49,425 nucleotides of DNA from Acidimicrobiia bacterium. GTDB taxonomy: Bacteria; Actinomycetota; Acidimicrobiia; Spongiisociales; ZC4RG35. Under the pieces are notes generated by a model, which had not been told where the DNA came from, ran no database searches, and worked only from the letters and a program-made list of their open reading frames with translations. The stretch covers positions 1 to 49,425 of the forward strand of contig JBHHWH010000004.1 in NCBI GenBank assembly GCA_046756405.1, written 5' to 3'. A program made the translations under genes and the position numbers. Positions 37,679-46,927 of this stretch are shown here, piece by piece (the stretch's first letter is position 1; each line of letters opens with the position of its first letter).

Positions 37679-39004
37679 CTAGCCGGACCGCCGCCCTTCC
37701 AAGATGCGGAGGAAAGACCGGGTCCGTAGTTCCTCCACGCTGAGTCCCGTCCGTGTCGTGGCGTCATCTTCGGAGATGGCCCCACAGTTGATCGCCCGGA
37801 GAAAAAAGTTGAGCAGACCCTGACCGGTGGCGGCGTCGTCGAAGACCTCCCCTACCAGGGTGGCCTTGGCCGCCGACGAGACGAAGTTGGCGAGACGCTC
37901 CCCCGCCTGCTCCAGCCCTTCAAGGAAGAAGGCGTAGACGGCGGCGTAACGGGTGGCGAACTGGGCGGGATGCAGGTCCCATCCCTGGTAGTAGGCGTGG
38001 AGGAGGGAGTGTCTTATATGGCTGTAGTGGAGCCGCAGGGCCGCGTGGACCACTTGGCGGTTCTCCTCTACCTGTTCCGCGGTGAGGTCGGCTCCGCGAT
38101 GGGGCGGCACCGGCATCACGTTGGTGGCTCCGTCGGAGATCCATACCCCGGTTCCTGCCAGGCTGACCTGAAGAGTGTGACGGGCGAAGTCGCAGACGGG
38201 GTGGGTCATCGTCTGATAGGCGGCGGTGATGTTCATCGACGCCGTGTAGTCGTAGGTGCCGAAGTGGGCGCCCCTCACCCGCCCTCCACCGGCGTCGACG
38301 AACTTACGCACCCCCACCAGACCGTCCCGGTCGATGACTGACTGAGGGGTCTCCACCATCAGCTCCAGGGGAATCGGGCCGAGGTCGAGGCGCTCTTCCA
38401 GCGCGGCGAGAGCTTCGGCCATGACCGCGACCTGGTCGACATGCTGGATCTTGGGCAGGGTCACACAGAACCCTTCCGGCGGTACCCCGCCCTCTTCGAC
38501 TACTGCGGTCACAAAAAGGTCGAGGGTCCTTAGAGCGCGCCGGTGCAGCTCTCCGGAGAGGGGCTTGATACGGATCCCGACGAAGGGCGGCAGGGTCCCT
38601 TCGGACATCCCTCTAATCATCTCGGTGGCGGTGCGCCTGGCGTCGGCGTCCTCTTCATCGTCGGGACGGTGCCCATACCCGTCCTCGAAGTCGATGCGAA
38701 AGTCCTCAACTGCCTGGCGTCGCAGCTTCTCTGCCACCCGCGGGTGGACCTGTTTCGCTAGTTCGATGTCCATCCCCAGGATCTCGACGAGACGGTCGGG
38801 ATTCGGGATCCACCGCTCCATGAATTCGGCGGCCAATTGTCCGAGGCGAGGGGCGGTACTGGCGGTGAACAGGTGGGCACCCCCGTAGACGGTGTGGACG
38901 GGTTGGCGTTCCGGCCCCTCCCCGGGAAAGTCGGCGGCTATCCGGCCGGCCACACTCCCGAGACGGTCAGTCCAGCGGGCCAGGTCTTCGTTGCGCAGAG
39001 TCAT
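37679..39004 (-). CDS. HpcH/HpaI aldolase-citrate lyase fold protein (DUF6986-like)
   Basis: RQPVHTVYGGAHLF, EDFRIDFEDGYG, TLPKI, ELMVET, HFGTYDYTA, SDGATN, QGWDLHPAQ, DDAATGQ. Confidence 0.8.
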   Translation of the reverse strand: MTLRNEDLARWTDRLGSVAGRIAADFPGEGPERQPVHTVYGGAHLFTASTAPRLGQLAAEFMERWIPNPDRLVEILGMDIELAKQVHPRVAEKLRRQAVEDFRIDFEDGYGHRPDDEEDADARRTATEMIRGMSEGTLPPFVGIRIKPLSGELHRRALRTLDLFVTAVVEEGGVPPEGFCVTLPKIQHVDQVAVMAEALAALEERLDLGPIPLELMVETPQSVIDRDGLVGVRKFVDAGGGRVRGAHFGTYDYTASMNITAAYQTMTHPVCDFARHTLQVSLAGTGVWISDGATNVMPVPPHRGADLTAEQVEENRQVVHAALRLHYSHIRHSLLHAYYQGWDLHPAQFATRYAAVYAFFLEGLEQAGERLANFVSSAAKATLVGEVFDDAATGQGLLNFFLRAINCGAISEDDATTRTGLSVEELRTRSFLRILEGRRSG

Positions 39005-39040
39005 GGGCCCGACTCTATGACCCTCGTAAGGTTGACGCCC

Positions 39041-40399
39041 ATGGGAACGCTTCTGGTCCGGGATGCGGAGGTCCTGGTGACCATGGACGGATCTGAGACC
39101 CGAGGGGGCGGCCTGTTCGTACGGGACGGCTTCATCGAAGCTGTGGGGCCCTCCCATGCCCTTCCTCAGACCGCGGACGAGGTAGTGGACCTAACCGGAC
39201 ATGTGGTGCTTCCTGGTCTGATCAATACCCACCACCATCTCTACCAGACCCTAACCCGGGCCGTCCCCGGCGCCCAGGACGTGGGTCTGTTCGACTGGCT
39301 GCGCACCCTCTATCCGATCTGGGCCCGGATGACCCCCGAACACGTAAGGGTGGGCACGACCCTCGGGCTCGTGGAGCTGGCCTTGAGCGGGGCTACCACC
39401 GTCTTCGACCACCACTACCTGTGGCCGAACGGCTCCCGTATCGATGACCAGTTCGAAGCAGCCGACGCGATCAACATCCGCTTCACCGCCTCGCGAGGAT
39501 CGATGAGCCTGGGAGAGTCGAAGGGGGGTCTTCCCCCCGACTCGGTCGTCGAAGACGAGGCGTCGATCCTCCAAGCCTGCACCGAAGCGATAGATGCCTT
39601 TCACGATCCGTCCCAGGGGTCGAGGCGTCAGGTGGTGGTAGCTCCATGCTCGCCCTTCTCGGTCACCGAGGACCTGATGCGGGAGTCGGCGGCGTTGGCC
39701 CGGGACAAGGGAGTTCGCCTTCATACCCACCTCGCCGAGACGGCGGACGAAGAGGAGTTCTGCCTGGAACACTATGGGAGACGGCCGGTGGCGCACATGG
39801 AAGCGGTGAGCTGGGTGGGTGAGGACGTCTGGTACGCCCACGCCGTCCACGTATCTCCACCCGAGGTGGAACTGCTGGCCGCTACCGCGACCGGTGTCGC
39901 CCACTGCCCCACCTCCAACATGAGGTTGGCCTCTGGGCTGGCCCCCGTTCTCAAATACCTGGCTGCTGGGGTTCCGGTGGGGCTCGGAGTCGATGGCTCG
40001 GCGTCGAACGATTCCTCCCAGATGTTGGCGGAAGTCCGCCAGGCCCTTCTCCTCAACCGGCTCGCCGTCTCCCCCGGGCTTGGTGAGGGCACACGGATGA
40101 GCGTCCGCCAGGCCCTGGAGCTGGCGACGGTGGGAGGGGCCCGCCTTCTCGGGCGTTCCGACCTCGGGACTCTGGCACCGGGTAAGGCAGCCGACTTCAT
40201 CGCCGTCGATCTGGAGCGCGTGGAATACGCCGGAGCGGGACACGACCCGGTAGCGGCGGTGGTCCTGTGCGCTCCGGTGCGCGTCGATCACTCCTGGGTA
40301 GGAGGCAGGCCCCTGGTGGCTGACGGTCGAGTGGCCGGCGTCGACGAGGGCCCCCTGATCGAAGCGGCCAACCGCCTCGCTGCCGACCTGATGGGCTAG
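39041..40399 (+). CDS. 8-oxoguanine deaminase (AtzB-like amidohydrolase)
   Basis: NTHHHLYQTLTRA, SRGSMS...GGLPPD, APCSPFSVT, HTHLAET, HCPTSNMRLASG, GVDGSASND. Confidence 0.88.
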   Translation: MGTLLVRDAEVLVTMDGSETRGGGLFVRDGFIEAVGPSHALPQTADEVVDLTGHVVLPGLINTHHHLYQTLTRAVPGAQDVGLFDWLRTLYPIWARMTPEHVRVGTTLGLVELALSGATTVFDHHYLWPNGSRIDDQFEAADAINIRFTASRGSMSLGESKGGLPPDSVVEDEASILQACTEAIDAFHDPSQGSRRQVVVAPCSPFSVTEDLMRESAALARDKGVRLHTHLAETADEEEFCLEHYGRRPVAHMEAVSWVGEDVWYAHAVHVSPPEVELLAATATGVAHCPTSNMRLASGLAPVLKYLAAGVPVGLGVDGSASNDSSQMLAEVRQALLLNRLAVSPGLGEGTRMSVRQALELATVGGARLLGRSDLGTLAPGKAADFIAVDLERVEYAGAGHDPVAAVVLCAPVRVDHSWVGGRPLVADGRVAGVDEGPLIEAANRLAADLMG

Positions 40400-40409
40400 C
40401 TTGCCGCCG

Positions 40410-41204
40410 ATGGAAGTCCACCACGCCACGACGCTGGACCAGGCGCTGGCTGCCATGGCTCAGGGAGCGATGCCCCTCGCCGGAGGAACGGATCTGATGG
40501 TGGAGGTCAACTTCGGCCACGCCCGCCCCGACTACGTGGTAGCCCTCCGTCGCATCGAGGAGCTGAAGGAGTGGGAAGAAAACAGGATCGGCGCCGGCGT
40601 CAGCTGGAGACGCCTTGAGCAGGGCGCCCCCACCGCTCTTGCTCAGGCCGCCCGGACTGTGGGCTCTCCCCAGATCCGCAACGCTGGAACCATCGGAGGG
40701 AACCTGGGGACCGCCAGTCCTGCCGGGGACGGTCACCCTTTCCTCGCCGCGGTGGACGCCGAGATCGAACTCACCTCTACGCGGGGCCGGAGACGGGTTC
40801 TGTGGTCGGAGTTCTTCGTTGGGGTGAAACGGACCTGCCGGAACCACGACGAGCTGATAACCGCCGTCTACCTTCCCCAACAGCTTCCAGAACGTCAGGC
40901 CTTCGCCAAGGTGGGGATGCGGTCCGCCATGGTGATAGCGACGGTGTGTTGTGTGGTCACCCGCGACGAGACCGGTCGGACCACCGTGGCACTGGGTTCG
41001 GTGGCACCCACTCCGATGCGGGCTTACCGGGCGGAGGCGATGATATCTGCCGAGCCGACTCCTTCCGCTGCGGCTCTGGATGAGTTCCAGCGGCTGGTGG
41101 CCGAGGAAGTACAACCCATCACCGACCATCGCGCTTCCGCCGAGTACAGGAGACACGCCGCCGGGGTGGTGGCTCGGCGACTGCTGGAGAGGTGCCTGCG
41201 ATGA
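40410..41204 (+). CDS. Xanthine dehydrogenase FAD-binding subunit (PucC-like)
   Basis: LAGGTDL, VGSPQIRNAGTIGGNL, ASPAGD, PITDHRASAEYRR. Confidence 0.9.
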   Translation: MEVHHATTLDQALAAMAQGAMPLAGGTDLMVEVNFGHARPDYVVALRRIEELKEWEENRIGAGVSWRRLEQGAPTALAQAARTVGSPQIRNAGTIGGNLGTASPAGDGHPFLAAVDAEIELTSTRGRRRVLWSEFFVGVKRTCRNHDELITAVYLPQQLPERQAFAKVGMRSAMVIATVCCVVTRDETGRTTVALGSVAPTPMRAYRAEAMISAEPTPSAAALDEFQRLVAEEVQPITDHRASAEYRRHAAGVVARRLLERCLR

Positions 41205-41662
41205 TCGTCGGCTTCACCCTCAACGGTGCTTCCGCCACGGTACGGGTGAGCGTCCCCCGGAGCCTCCTCGACGTTCTTCGCGATGATCTCGGCCTGCTTG
41301 GCTCAAAGAACGCCTGTGAGCAGGGGGAGTGTGGTAGCTGCTCGGTGCTGCTCGACGGCGAGCTGGTTTGTGCCTGTCTTGTCCTGGCCGCCGACGTCGA
41401 GGGGTCTGAGGTGGTCACCGTCGAGGGTCTATCACCGGAAGGGGGACTCAGCCCGGTGCAGGAGGCGCTTCACCTTGCGGGCGCGGTCCAGTGTGGGTTC
41501 TGCACCCCTGGAATCGTGGTGGCGGCCACCCAGCTCTTCGCGGAGAACTCCCATCCCAGTCGGGAGGAGATCGAAGAGGCTCTGGCGGGGAACATCTGCC
41601 GCTGCACCGGGTATGGGGCGATCCTAAGGGCCCTCGAAGACCTGGCCGGAATGAAATCATGA
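41201..41662 (+). CDS. Xanthine dehydrogenase 2Fe-2S subunit (PucE-like)
   Basis: CEQGECGSC, CLV, QCGFCTPG, GNICRCTGY. Confidence 0.93.
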   Translation: MIVGFTLNGASATVRVSVPRSLLDVLRDDLGLLGSKNACEQGECGSCSVLLDGELVCACLVLAADVEGSEVVTVEGLSPEGGLSPVQEALHLAGAVQCGFCTPGIVVAATQLFAENSHPSREEIEEALAGNICRCTGYGAILRALEDLAGMKS

Positions 41663-43875
41663 CCACGACGAGGACCCCTCGGATCGCCACACCGGTCGAG
41701 GGCGGGATCGGTGACTCGCCGCTACGCGAAGACGCCATCCCCAAACTGCGGGGGGAGTTCCGCTACGCGCAGGATCTGGAGGCCGAGGGGATGTTGTGGG
41801 GAGCCACCACTCGCAGCCCCCACGCCCATGCCCGCATCCTCTCCATCGACATTGCCCCGGCCCTAGCCATCGGCGGAGTCCATGCTGTGCTCACCGCCTC
41901 CGATGTTCCGGGGAGGGCCACCTTCGGCCTCGAAGAACCCGACCAGCCGGTGCTGGCCGGGGAGGTGGTCCGCTACTGGGGGGAGCCGGTGGCCGTAGTC
42001 GCCGCCAAGGACGAAGAGACGGCCCGGCGCGCCGCGGCCGCGGTGAGGGTCGAATACAAGATGCTGAAACCTCTAACCGACCCCGAAGAGGCCGAGGAAC
42101 AGGACACGGTTTTCCGGCGGATGCGGATCCGTCGCGGCGACCAGGACGTGCGGAGCGCGGTGGTGGTGGAGGGTTTCTACGAGGTAGGCATGCAGGACCA
42201 GGCTCCCCTAGGCACGGAGGCCGGCCTTGCCGTACCCGACGGCGTAGGTGGGGTGGACCTCTATGCCACCAGCCAGTTCATCCACGTCGACCAGGAACAG
42301 GTGGTGGCGAGCCTCGGCCTGCGGCCGGATCAGGTACGGGCCCACCCGGTGGGCGTGGGTGGCGCCTTCGGGGCCCGGGAGGACGTGAACCTGCACATCC
42401 ACCTCTGCCTCCTCGCCCTCTACACGGGCAAGCCGGTGAAGATGGTCTATCACCGCTCTGAGTCGTTCACCGGTCACGTGCACCGGCATCCAGCCCGCAT
42501 GTGGTACCGCCACGAAGCCGACGCCGACGGCCGTTTGGTTCGGGTGGAGGCCAGGATCCTTCTTGACGGAGGCGCCTACGCCTCCACCACCGCCGCGGTG
42601 CTGGCCAACGCCTGCTACTTCGCCGTGGGTCCCTATCGCTGCGATTCGGTGGCGGTGGATGGGGTGGGATCCAGAACCAACAATCCGCCCTGCGGGGCGA
42701 TGAGGGGCTTCGGGGCGGTTCAGGTATGCGTCGGCTACGAGGCTCAGATGGACCGCCTCGCTGCCGCCCTCAACATGGACCCACTGGAACTTCGTCGTCG
42801 CAACGCCCTCCGCACCGGGGATCCCATGCCCACCAGCGGTCAGAACATCACGACTCCCCTTCCCACCCTTGAGGTCATCGACTCCCTGGCCGCTATGCCC
42901 CTTCCCGATCCCGAGGAGATCTCGGGGCTGCCCGGGGGGAGCGGTCTCACCACTACGCCCGAGCACGTCCGCCGCGGTGTGGGATACGCATTGGGCATCA
43001 AGAACCTGGGGTTCTCCGAAGGTTTCGACGACTACGCCCAGGCGAGGGTACGGCTCACCCCCGAGGGGGCGCTGGTGGAGACCGCCGCCATCGAGGTGGG
43101 CCAGGGCCTGGTGGTGGTCCTCGCCCAGATCGCCCGCACCGCCCTGGGCATATCGAAGGCCAGGGTGGTTCATTTGGACACCTCCCACATCGATTCCGCC
43201 GGATCCACCTCAGCGTCACGGCAGACTCAGATGTCCGGGGGCGCCACGCTGGAGGCGGCGGTACGGCTGCGGGAGCGGATTCTCGACCATTACGGCGGCG
43301 ACGACCTCACCGATGAGGGAGTGTGGAGGTCCGGCGGGCTGATCGCTCCCATGGAGGAGGTCACCGCCACCACCTGGGAGGAGACCGTGACGTTTCGCCA
43401 TCCGCCCACGACACCGCCTGACGACAACGGCCAGGGGGTGGTCCACGCCGACTTTGCCGTGGCCGGACACCGGGCGGTGGTGGACGTCGACGCCGAGCTG
43501 GGTCTGGTCAGGGTGGAGCGAATTGATACCGTCCAGGACGTAGGCAAGGCCCTTAATCCCCAGGCTGTACGGGGACAGATCGAAGGGGGCATACTCCAGG
43601 GGGTAGGTTTGGCGATCATGGAAGAGTTGGTGCTGGAAGGGGGGGTCATTCGCAACGCCAACTTCACCGACTACCTGCTCCCCACGATCCTTGACGCCCC
43701 CGACGTGGAGGCCCTTCTCATCGAGGGGGATGGCTCCTGGGGGCCCTTCGGGGCCAAGGGCGTGGGGGAGCCTCCCACGATCTCGTCCACGGCCGCGGTG
43801 GCTGCTGCAGTCCGAACCGCCACCGGGAAGGGAATCAACCGAGTACCGATTCGACCTCAGGACATCGCCCTATGA
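41659..43875 (+). CDS. pucD: Xanthine dehydrogenase molybdopterin-binding subunit
   Basis: RSPHAHARI, GGAFGARED, AMRGFG, EVGQG, SASRQT, QIEGG, KGVGEPP. Confidence 0.88.
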   Translation: MTTTRTPRIATPVEGGIGDSPLREDAIPKLRGEFRYAQDLEAEGMLWGATTRSPHAHARILSIDIAPALAIGGVHAVLTASDVPGRATFGLEEPDQPVLAGEVVRYWGEPVAVVAAKDEETARRAAAAVRVEYKMLKPLTDPEEAEEQDTVFRRMRIRRGDQDVRSAVVVEGFYEVGMQDQAPLGTEAGLAVPDGVGGVDLYATSQFIHVDQEQVVASLGLRPDQVRAHPVGVGGAFGAREDVNLHIHLCLLALYTGKPVKMVYHRSESFTGHVHRHPARMWYRHEADADGRLVRVEARILLDGGAYASTTAAVLANACYFAVGPYRCDSVAVDGVGSRTNNPPCGAMRGFGAVQVCVGYEAQMDRLAAALNMDPLELRRRNALRTGDPMPTSGQNITTPLPTLEVIDSLAAMPLPDPEEISGLPGGSGLTTTPEHVRRGVGYALGIKNLGFSEGFDDYAQARVRLTPEGALVETAAIEVGQGLVVVLAQIARTALGISKARVVHLDTSHIDSAGSTSASRQTQMSGGATLEAAVRLRERILDHYGGDDLTDEGVWRSGGLIAPMEEVTATTWEETVTFRHPPTTPPDDNGQGVVHADFAVAGHRAVVDVDAELGLVRVERIDTVQDVGKALNPQAVRGQIEGGILQGVGLAIMEELVLEGGVIRNANFTDYLLPTILDAPDVEALLIEGDGSWGPFGAKGVGEPPTISSTAAVAAAVRTATGKGINRVPIRPQDIAL

Positions 43876-44891
43876 ACTCCCTAGCCGACTTTGCTCGCCA
43901 GCTCCCCAAAGCCGAGCTGCACGTCCACATTGAAGGCACCCTCGAGCCAGAGATGATGTTCCGCCTCGCCGAGCGCAACGGATACGGCTTGCCCTTCGAA
44001 AGCGTCGACGCCGTGGTGGAGGCCTACCAGTTCACCGACCTCCAATCCTTCCTCGACATCTACTACCAGGGGATGGCCGTACTCCGCACCGCCGACGACT
44101 TCTACGACCTCATGTCCGCTTACCTGGACCGTGCGGTGGCCGACGGGGTGAGAAGAGCTGAGGTCTTCTTCGACCCCCAGGCCCACATTCACCGTGGTGT
44201 TGGCTTCGAAGTGTTCATGGAGGGCTTCCGGTCCGCCATCACCGATGCCGAGTCCCGGGCGGACATCAGGATCGACCTGATCCTCTGCTTTCTCCGTCAC
44301 CTCCCCTCGGAGGACGCCCTGGCAACCCTTGCCGAGGCCGAGCCGTACCTAGAGGGGGTGATCGCCGTGGGGCTCGACTCCTCGGAGGTGGGCAACCCAC
44401 CGGAGCTTTTCGAGGAGGCCTACTGCCGAGCGCGGGAGTTGGGGCTGCGGGCGGTGGCCCATGCCGGCGAGGAGGGGCCGCCCGAATATGTGGTCTCAGC
44501 TCTAGATGTCCTCGGCGTCGAACGCATCGACCACGGGGTGAGAAGCCTGGAGGATCCCTCCCTGGTGGAGCGTCTCCGGCGGGATCAGGTCCCCCTGACG
44601 GTCTGTCCCCTCTCCAATGTGGCCCTCAAAGTGGTGGACCGTCTTGAAGACCATCCGTTGCCACGAATGGTGGACCGAGGTCTGCTGGTGAGCATCAACT
44701 CCGACGACCCCGCCTATTTCGGGGGCTACGTCGGCGAGAACTACGCCGCGGTGGCCTCGGCCCTGGGGTTCGGCCCCGAGCGCTTGGCCGACTTGGCCCG
44801 CAGCTCCATCATCTCGTCGTTCCTGAACCAGTCAGAGAAGGACCGCCTCCTCGCCGAGATCAACGAGGTATCAGCGGGGGACCAGAGCTAA
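43872..44891 (+). CDS. add: Adenine/adenosine deaminase (Add family)
   Basis: PKAELHVHIEGTLEPE, FFDPQAH, AHAGEEGP, RIDHG, CPLSN, NSDDPAYFGGY. Confidence 0.92.
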   Translation: MNSLADFARQLPKAELHVHIEGTLEPEMMFRLAERNGYGLPFESVDAVVEAYQFTDLQSFLDIYYQGMAVLRTADDFYDLMSAYLDRAVADGVRRAEVFFDPQAHIHRGVGFEVFMEGFRSAITDAESRADIRIDLILCFLRHLPSEDALATLAEAEPYLEGVIAVGLDSSEVGNPPELFEEAYCRARELGLRAVAHAGEEGPPEYVVSALDVLGVERIDHGVRSLEDPSLVERLRRDQVPLTVCPLSNVALKVVDRLEDHPLPRMVDRGLLVSINSDDPAYFGGYVGENYAAVASALGFGPERLADLARSSIISSFLNQSEKDRLLAEINEVSAGDQS

Positions 44892-44906
44892 CTGGCGGGA
44901 GACCCA

Positions 44907-45152
44907 TTGAGACAATTCCTCCAAATAGATCTAGACCCTGCCTACTGGCTGAACCTTGGTAGGCGGGTCGCGCTCTACCTCGCCCCGGGTCTGCTGTTCG
45001 GTGGTCCCGTGGGCTTTTTGGTCTGGAGAAAGACTGGTAGCCGTTGGGTGGCAATCGTCGTCGGTGTGGTAGCGGGCGTAGTCGGGCTGTTGATCGTCGG
45101 ATACCTCTATTTCACGATTGTGCTGTGCCCCCCTGACGCCCGCTGTGCTTAG
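44907..45152 (+). CDS. Small 2-TM hypothetical protein
   Basis: Two hydrophobic segments, GGGAG upstream of TTG, C-terminal CPPDARC. Fills the gap between add and the thioesterase. Confidence 0.55.
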   Translation: MRQFLQIDLDPAYWLNLGRRVALYLAPGLLFGGPVGFLVWRKTGSRWVAIVVGVVAGVVGLLIVGYLYFTIVLCPPDARCA

Positions 45153-45157
45153 GGAAC

Positions 45158-45955
45158 TCAGCGGGGGACTAGGGCTAGCTGACGAGAAAGCGCGACCAGG
45201 TTCCCTTCCTCGTCCCAGATCTCGCCGTCCTCCTCCAGCAGCCCATGGGTCACGAACCGAGTGTGAAAGCTACACTTGAGCCAGGTGCGGGGCTGGGAAT
45301 CACGCAGGTGGGTGGTCATTTCCACCGTCGGCGTCCAGTTGAGGGGGAGGTTGGCATTGAACACCGCCGGGGGGAAGGCGTCGGCGGCGAGGAGCGGCGA
45401 CAGAGGGTCGGGCGGGTCCCCCTCCTGAAGCCGGAACCATCCCCTGATCCGGGCTATACCGGTGGGGTCCCCGTTGAAAAAGACCGCGTCGTCGGGGTGA
45501 ATACGCAGCACTATCTGCCCCGTGAAAGGTGGCGGAAACGGTCCCGTCTTGGAGGGTTCGGCGAGTACGCACTCCTCCGGCGGGGGAAGGTGCGGCGGTG
45601 AGCTGTCAGTCATCTGGGTGTCGGGTAGGGGCCGTCTTGGATCGGCAAAGGCCGCTACCGCGGTCACCAGCTCTTTGCCGTCCTGGAGCATCGTGGCCCG
45701 GAGGGTGGACAGGGTTCGACCCACCTTGATCTCGTCCACGGTGATGGCTACCGGACCCGGCTCGGCGGGGCGCAGAAAGTGGGTGGTCAGGGTGATCAGA
45801 TCACGACCGTTGGTTTCGGCTTCCATGGCCCGCGCCAGCATGACCATCAGGTAGCCGCCGTTGGGCACTCCGAAGATGTCCCATCCAGGATGGACACGGG
45901 CCATCCAGGTGTGCGGGTTACGGCGCACCACCTTGGTGGCGGTGGCGAAGCTCAC
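45158..45955 (-). CDS. Thioesterase family (TesB-like double hotdog) protein
   Basis: PNGGYL, HFLRP, ADAFPP, WTPTVEMT, EEDGEIWD, SRQL. Confidence 0.9.
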   Translation of the reverse strand: MSFATATKVVRRNPHTWMARVHPGWDIFGVPNGGYLMVMLARAMEAETNGRDLITLTTHFLRPAEPGPVAITVDEIKVGRTLSTLRATMLQDGKELVTAVAAFADPRRPLPDTQMTDSSPPHLPPPEECVLAEPSKTGPFPPPFTGQIVLRIHPDDAVFFNGDPTGIARIRGWFRLQEGDPPDPLSPLLAADAFPPAVFNANLPLNWTPTVEMTTHLRDSQPRTWLKCSFHTRFVTHGLLEEDGEIWDEEGNLVALSRQLALVPR

Positions 45956-46926
45956 GCCAGCCTCACGCCCTCTCCGGGGCTGACCGTTCCCAAGATCACG
46001 GGATTGTGGTGGGAGACGACGTCGGCGATGCGGTTGACGGCTCCGGGGTCTACCACCAGGGCGAAACCGATGCCCATGTTGAAGGTGCGGAACATCTCCT
46101 CGTCTTTGACTCCCGCGTTGGCCACCAGCGAGAAGATGGCGGGTGGTTCCCAGACGCCGGTGTCCACGGAGGCTCCGAGCCCCTCAGGCAGGGAGCGAGC
46201 AAGGTTGGCGGCGATTCCGCCTCCGGTGATGTGCGCCGCGGCGTGTACCCCTCCGGCGGCCACCGCCTCGAGAACGGCAGGCGAGTAGATGACCGAGGGC
46301 TCCAGCAATACCTCCAGATGGTCGTCGACCCGGTCGCCCAGGGCTGCCCGTACCAGGGAGAACCCGTTGGAGCGCAGGTTAGGGGAGCGCAACCCTACGA
46401 CCACGTCGCCTTCGCCCACCCGATGGGGGCCCAGTTCCTTACCTCGCTCCACCACTCCCAGGGCGGTCCCGGCCAAGTCGACGGCGTCGGGGGCCATGAC
46501 ACCCGGGTGGACGGCCGTCTCCCCTCCCAGCAGAGAACAGCCGATCTCACCGCAGGCAGCGGCTATCGAAGCGACGATGGCAGCGTCGCGCTCGGCGTTG
46601 AGAGCACCCACGGCGAGGTAGTCCACGAAGGCCACCGCTCGGGCGCCCATCGCAGCCAGGTCGTCCACTCCCATGGCCACCAGGTCGTAGCCCACTCCAT
46701 TCCAGCGACCGGCACGGCGGGCCAGTTCCAGCTTGGTGCCCACTCCATCGGTGGACAGCATCAACACCGGATCGGCGTACCCCTGGGGGAGGGTGACTCC
46801 GGCGGCGAAACCCCCAAAGCCTCCCACGACTTCCTCGGACCAGGTGGCGGTGACCGCCGCCGCGATGTTGTGGACGTGGTCTTCGGCACCCTCCAGGTCG
46901 ACACCGGCGTCACGGTAAGAGGCCAT
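45952..46926 (-). CDS. purM: Phosphoribosylformylglycinamidine cyclo-ligase (AIR synthase)
   Basis: YRDAGVD, TDGVGTK, GGETA, SNGFSL, HITGGG, TFNMGIG. Confidence 0.96.
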   Translation of the reverse strand: MASYRDAGVDLEGAEDHVHNIAAAVTATWSEEVVGGFGGFAAGVTLPQGYADPVLMLSTDGVGTKLELARRAGRWNGVGYDLVAMGVDDLAAMGARAVAFVDYLAVGALNAERDAAIVASIAAACGEIGCSLLGGETAVHPGVMAPDAVDLAGTALGVVERGKELGPHRVGEGDVVVGLRSPNLRSNGFSLVRAALGDRVDDHLEVLLEPSVIYSPAVLEAVAAGGVHAAAHITGGGIAANLARSLPEGLGASVDTGVWEPPAIFSLVANAGVKDEEMFRTFNMGIGFALVVDPGAVNRIADVVSHHNPVILGTVSPGEGVRLA

Positions 46927-46927
46927 C

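Noticed and set aside
39251-40456. Long antisense or alternate-frame ORFs (also 8824-9762, 11926-12882, 18453-19514, 30022-30927, 42208-43188, 46006-47121)
   Set aside because: Shadow ORFs over well-supported genes in GC-rich DNA, with no recognisable motifs.
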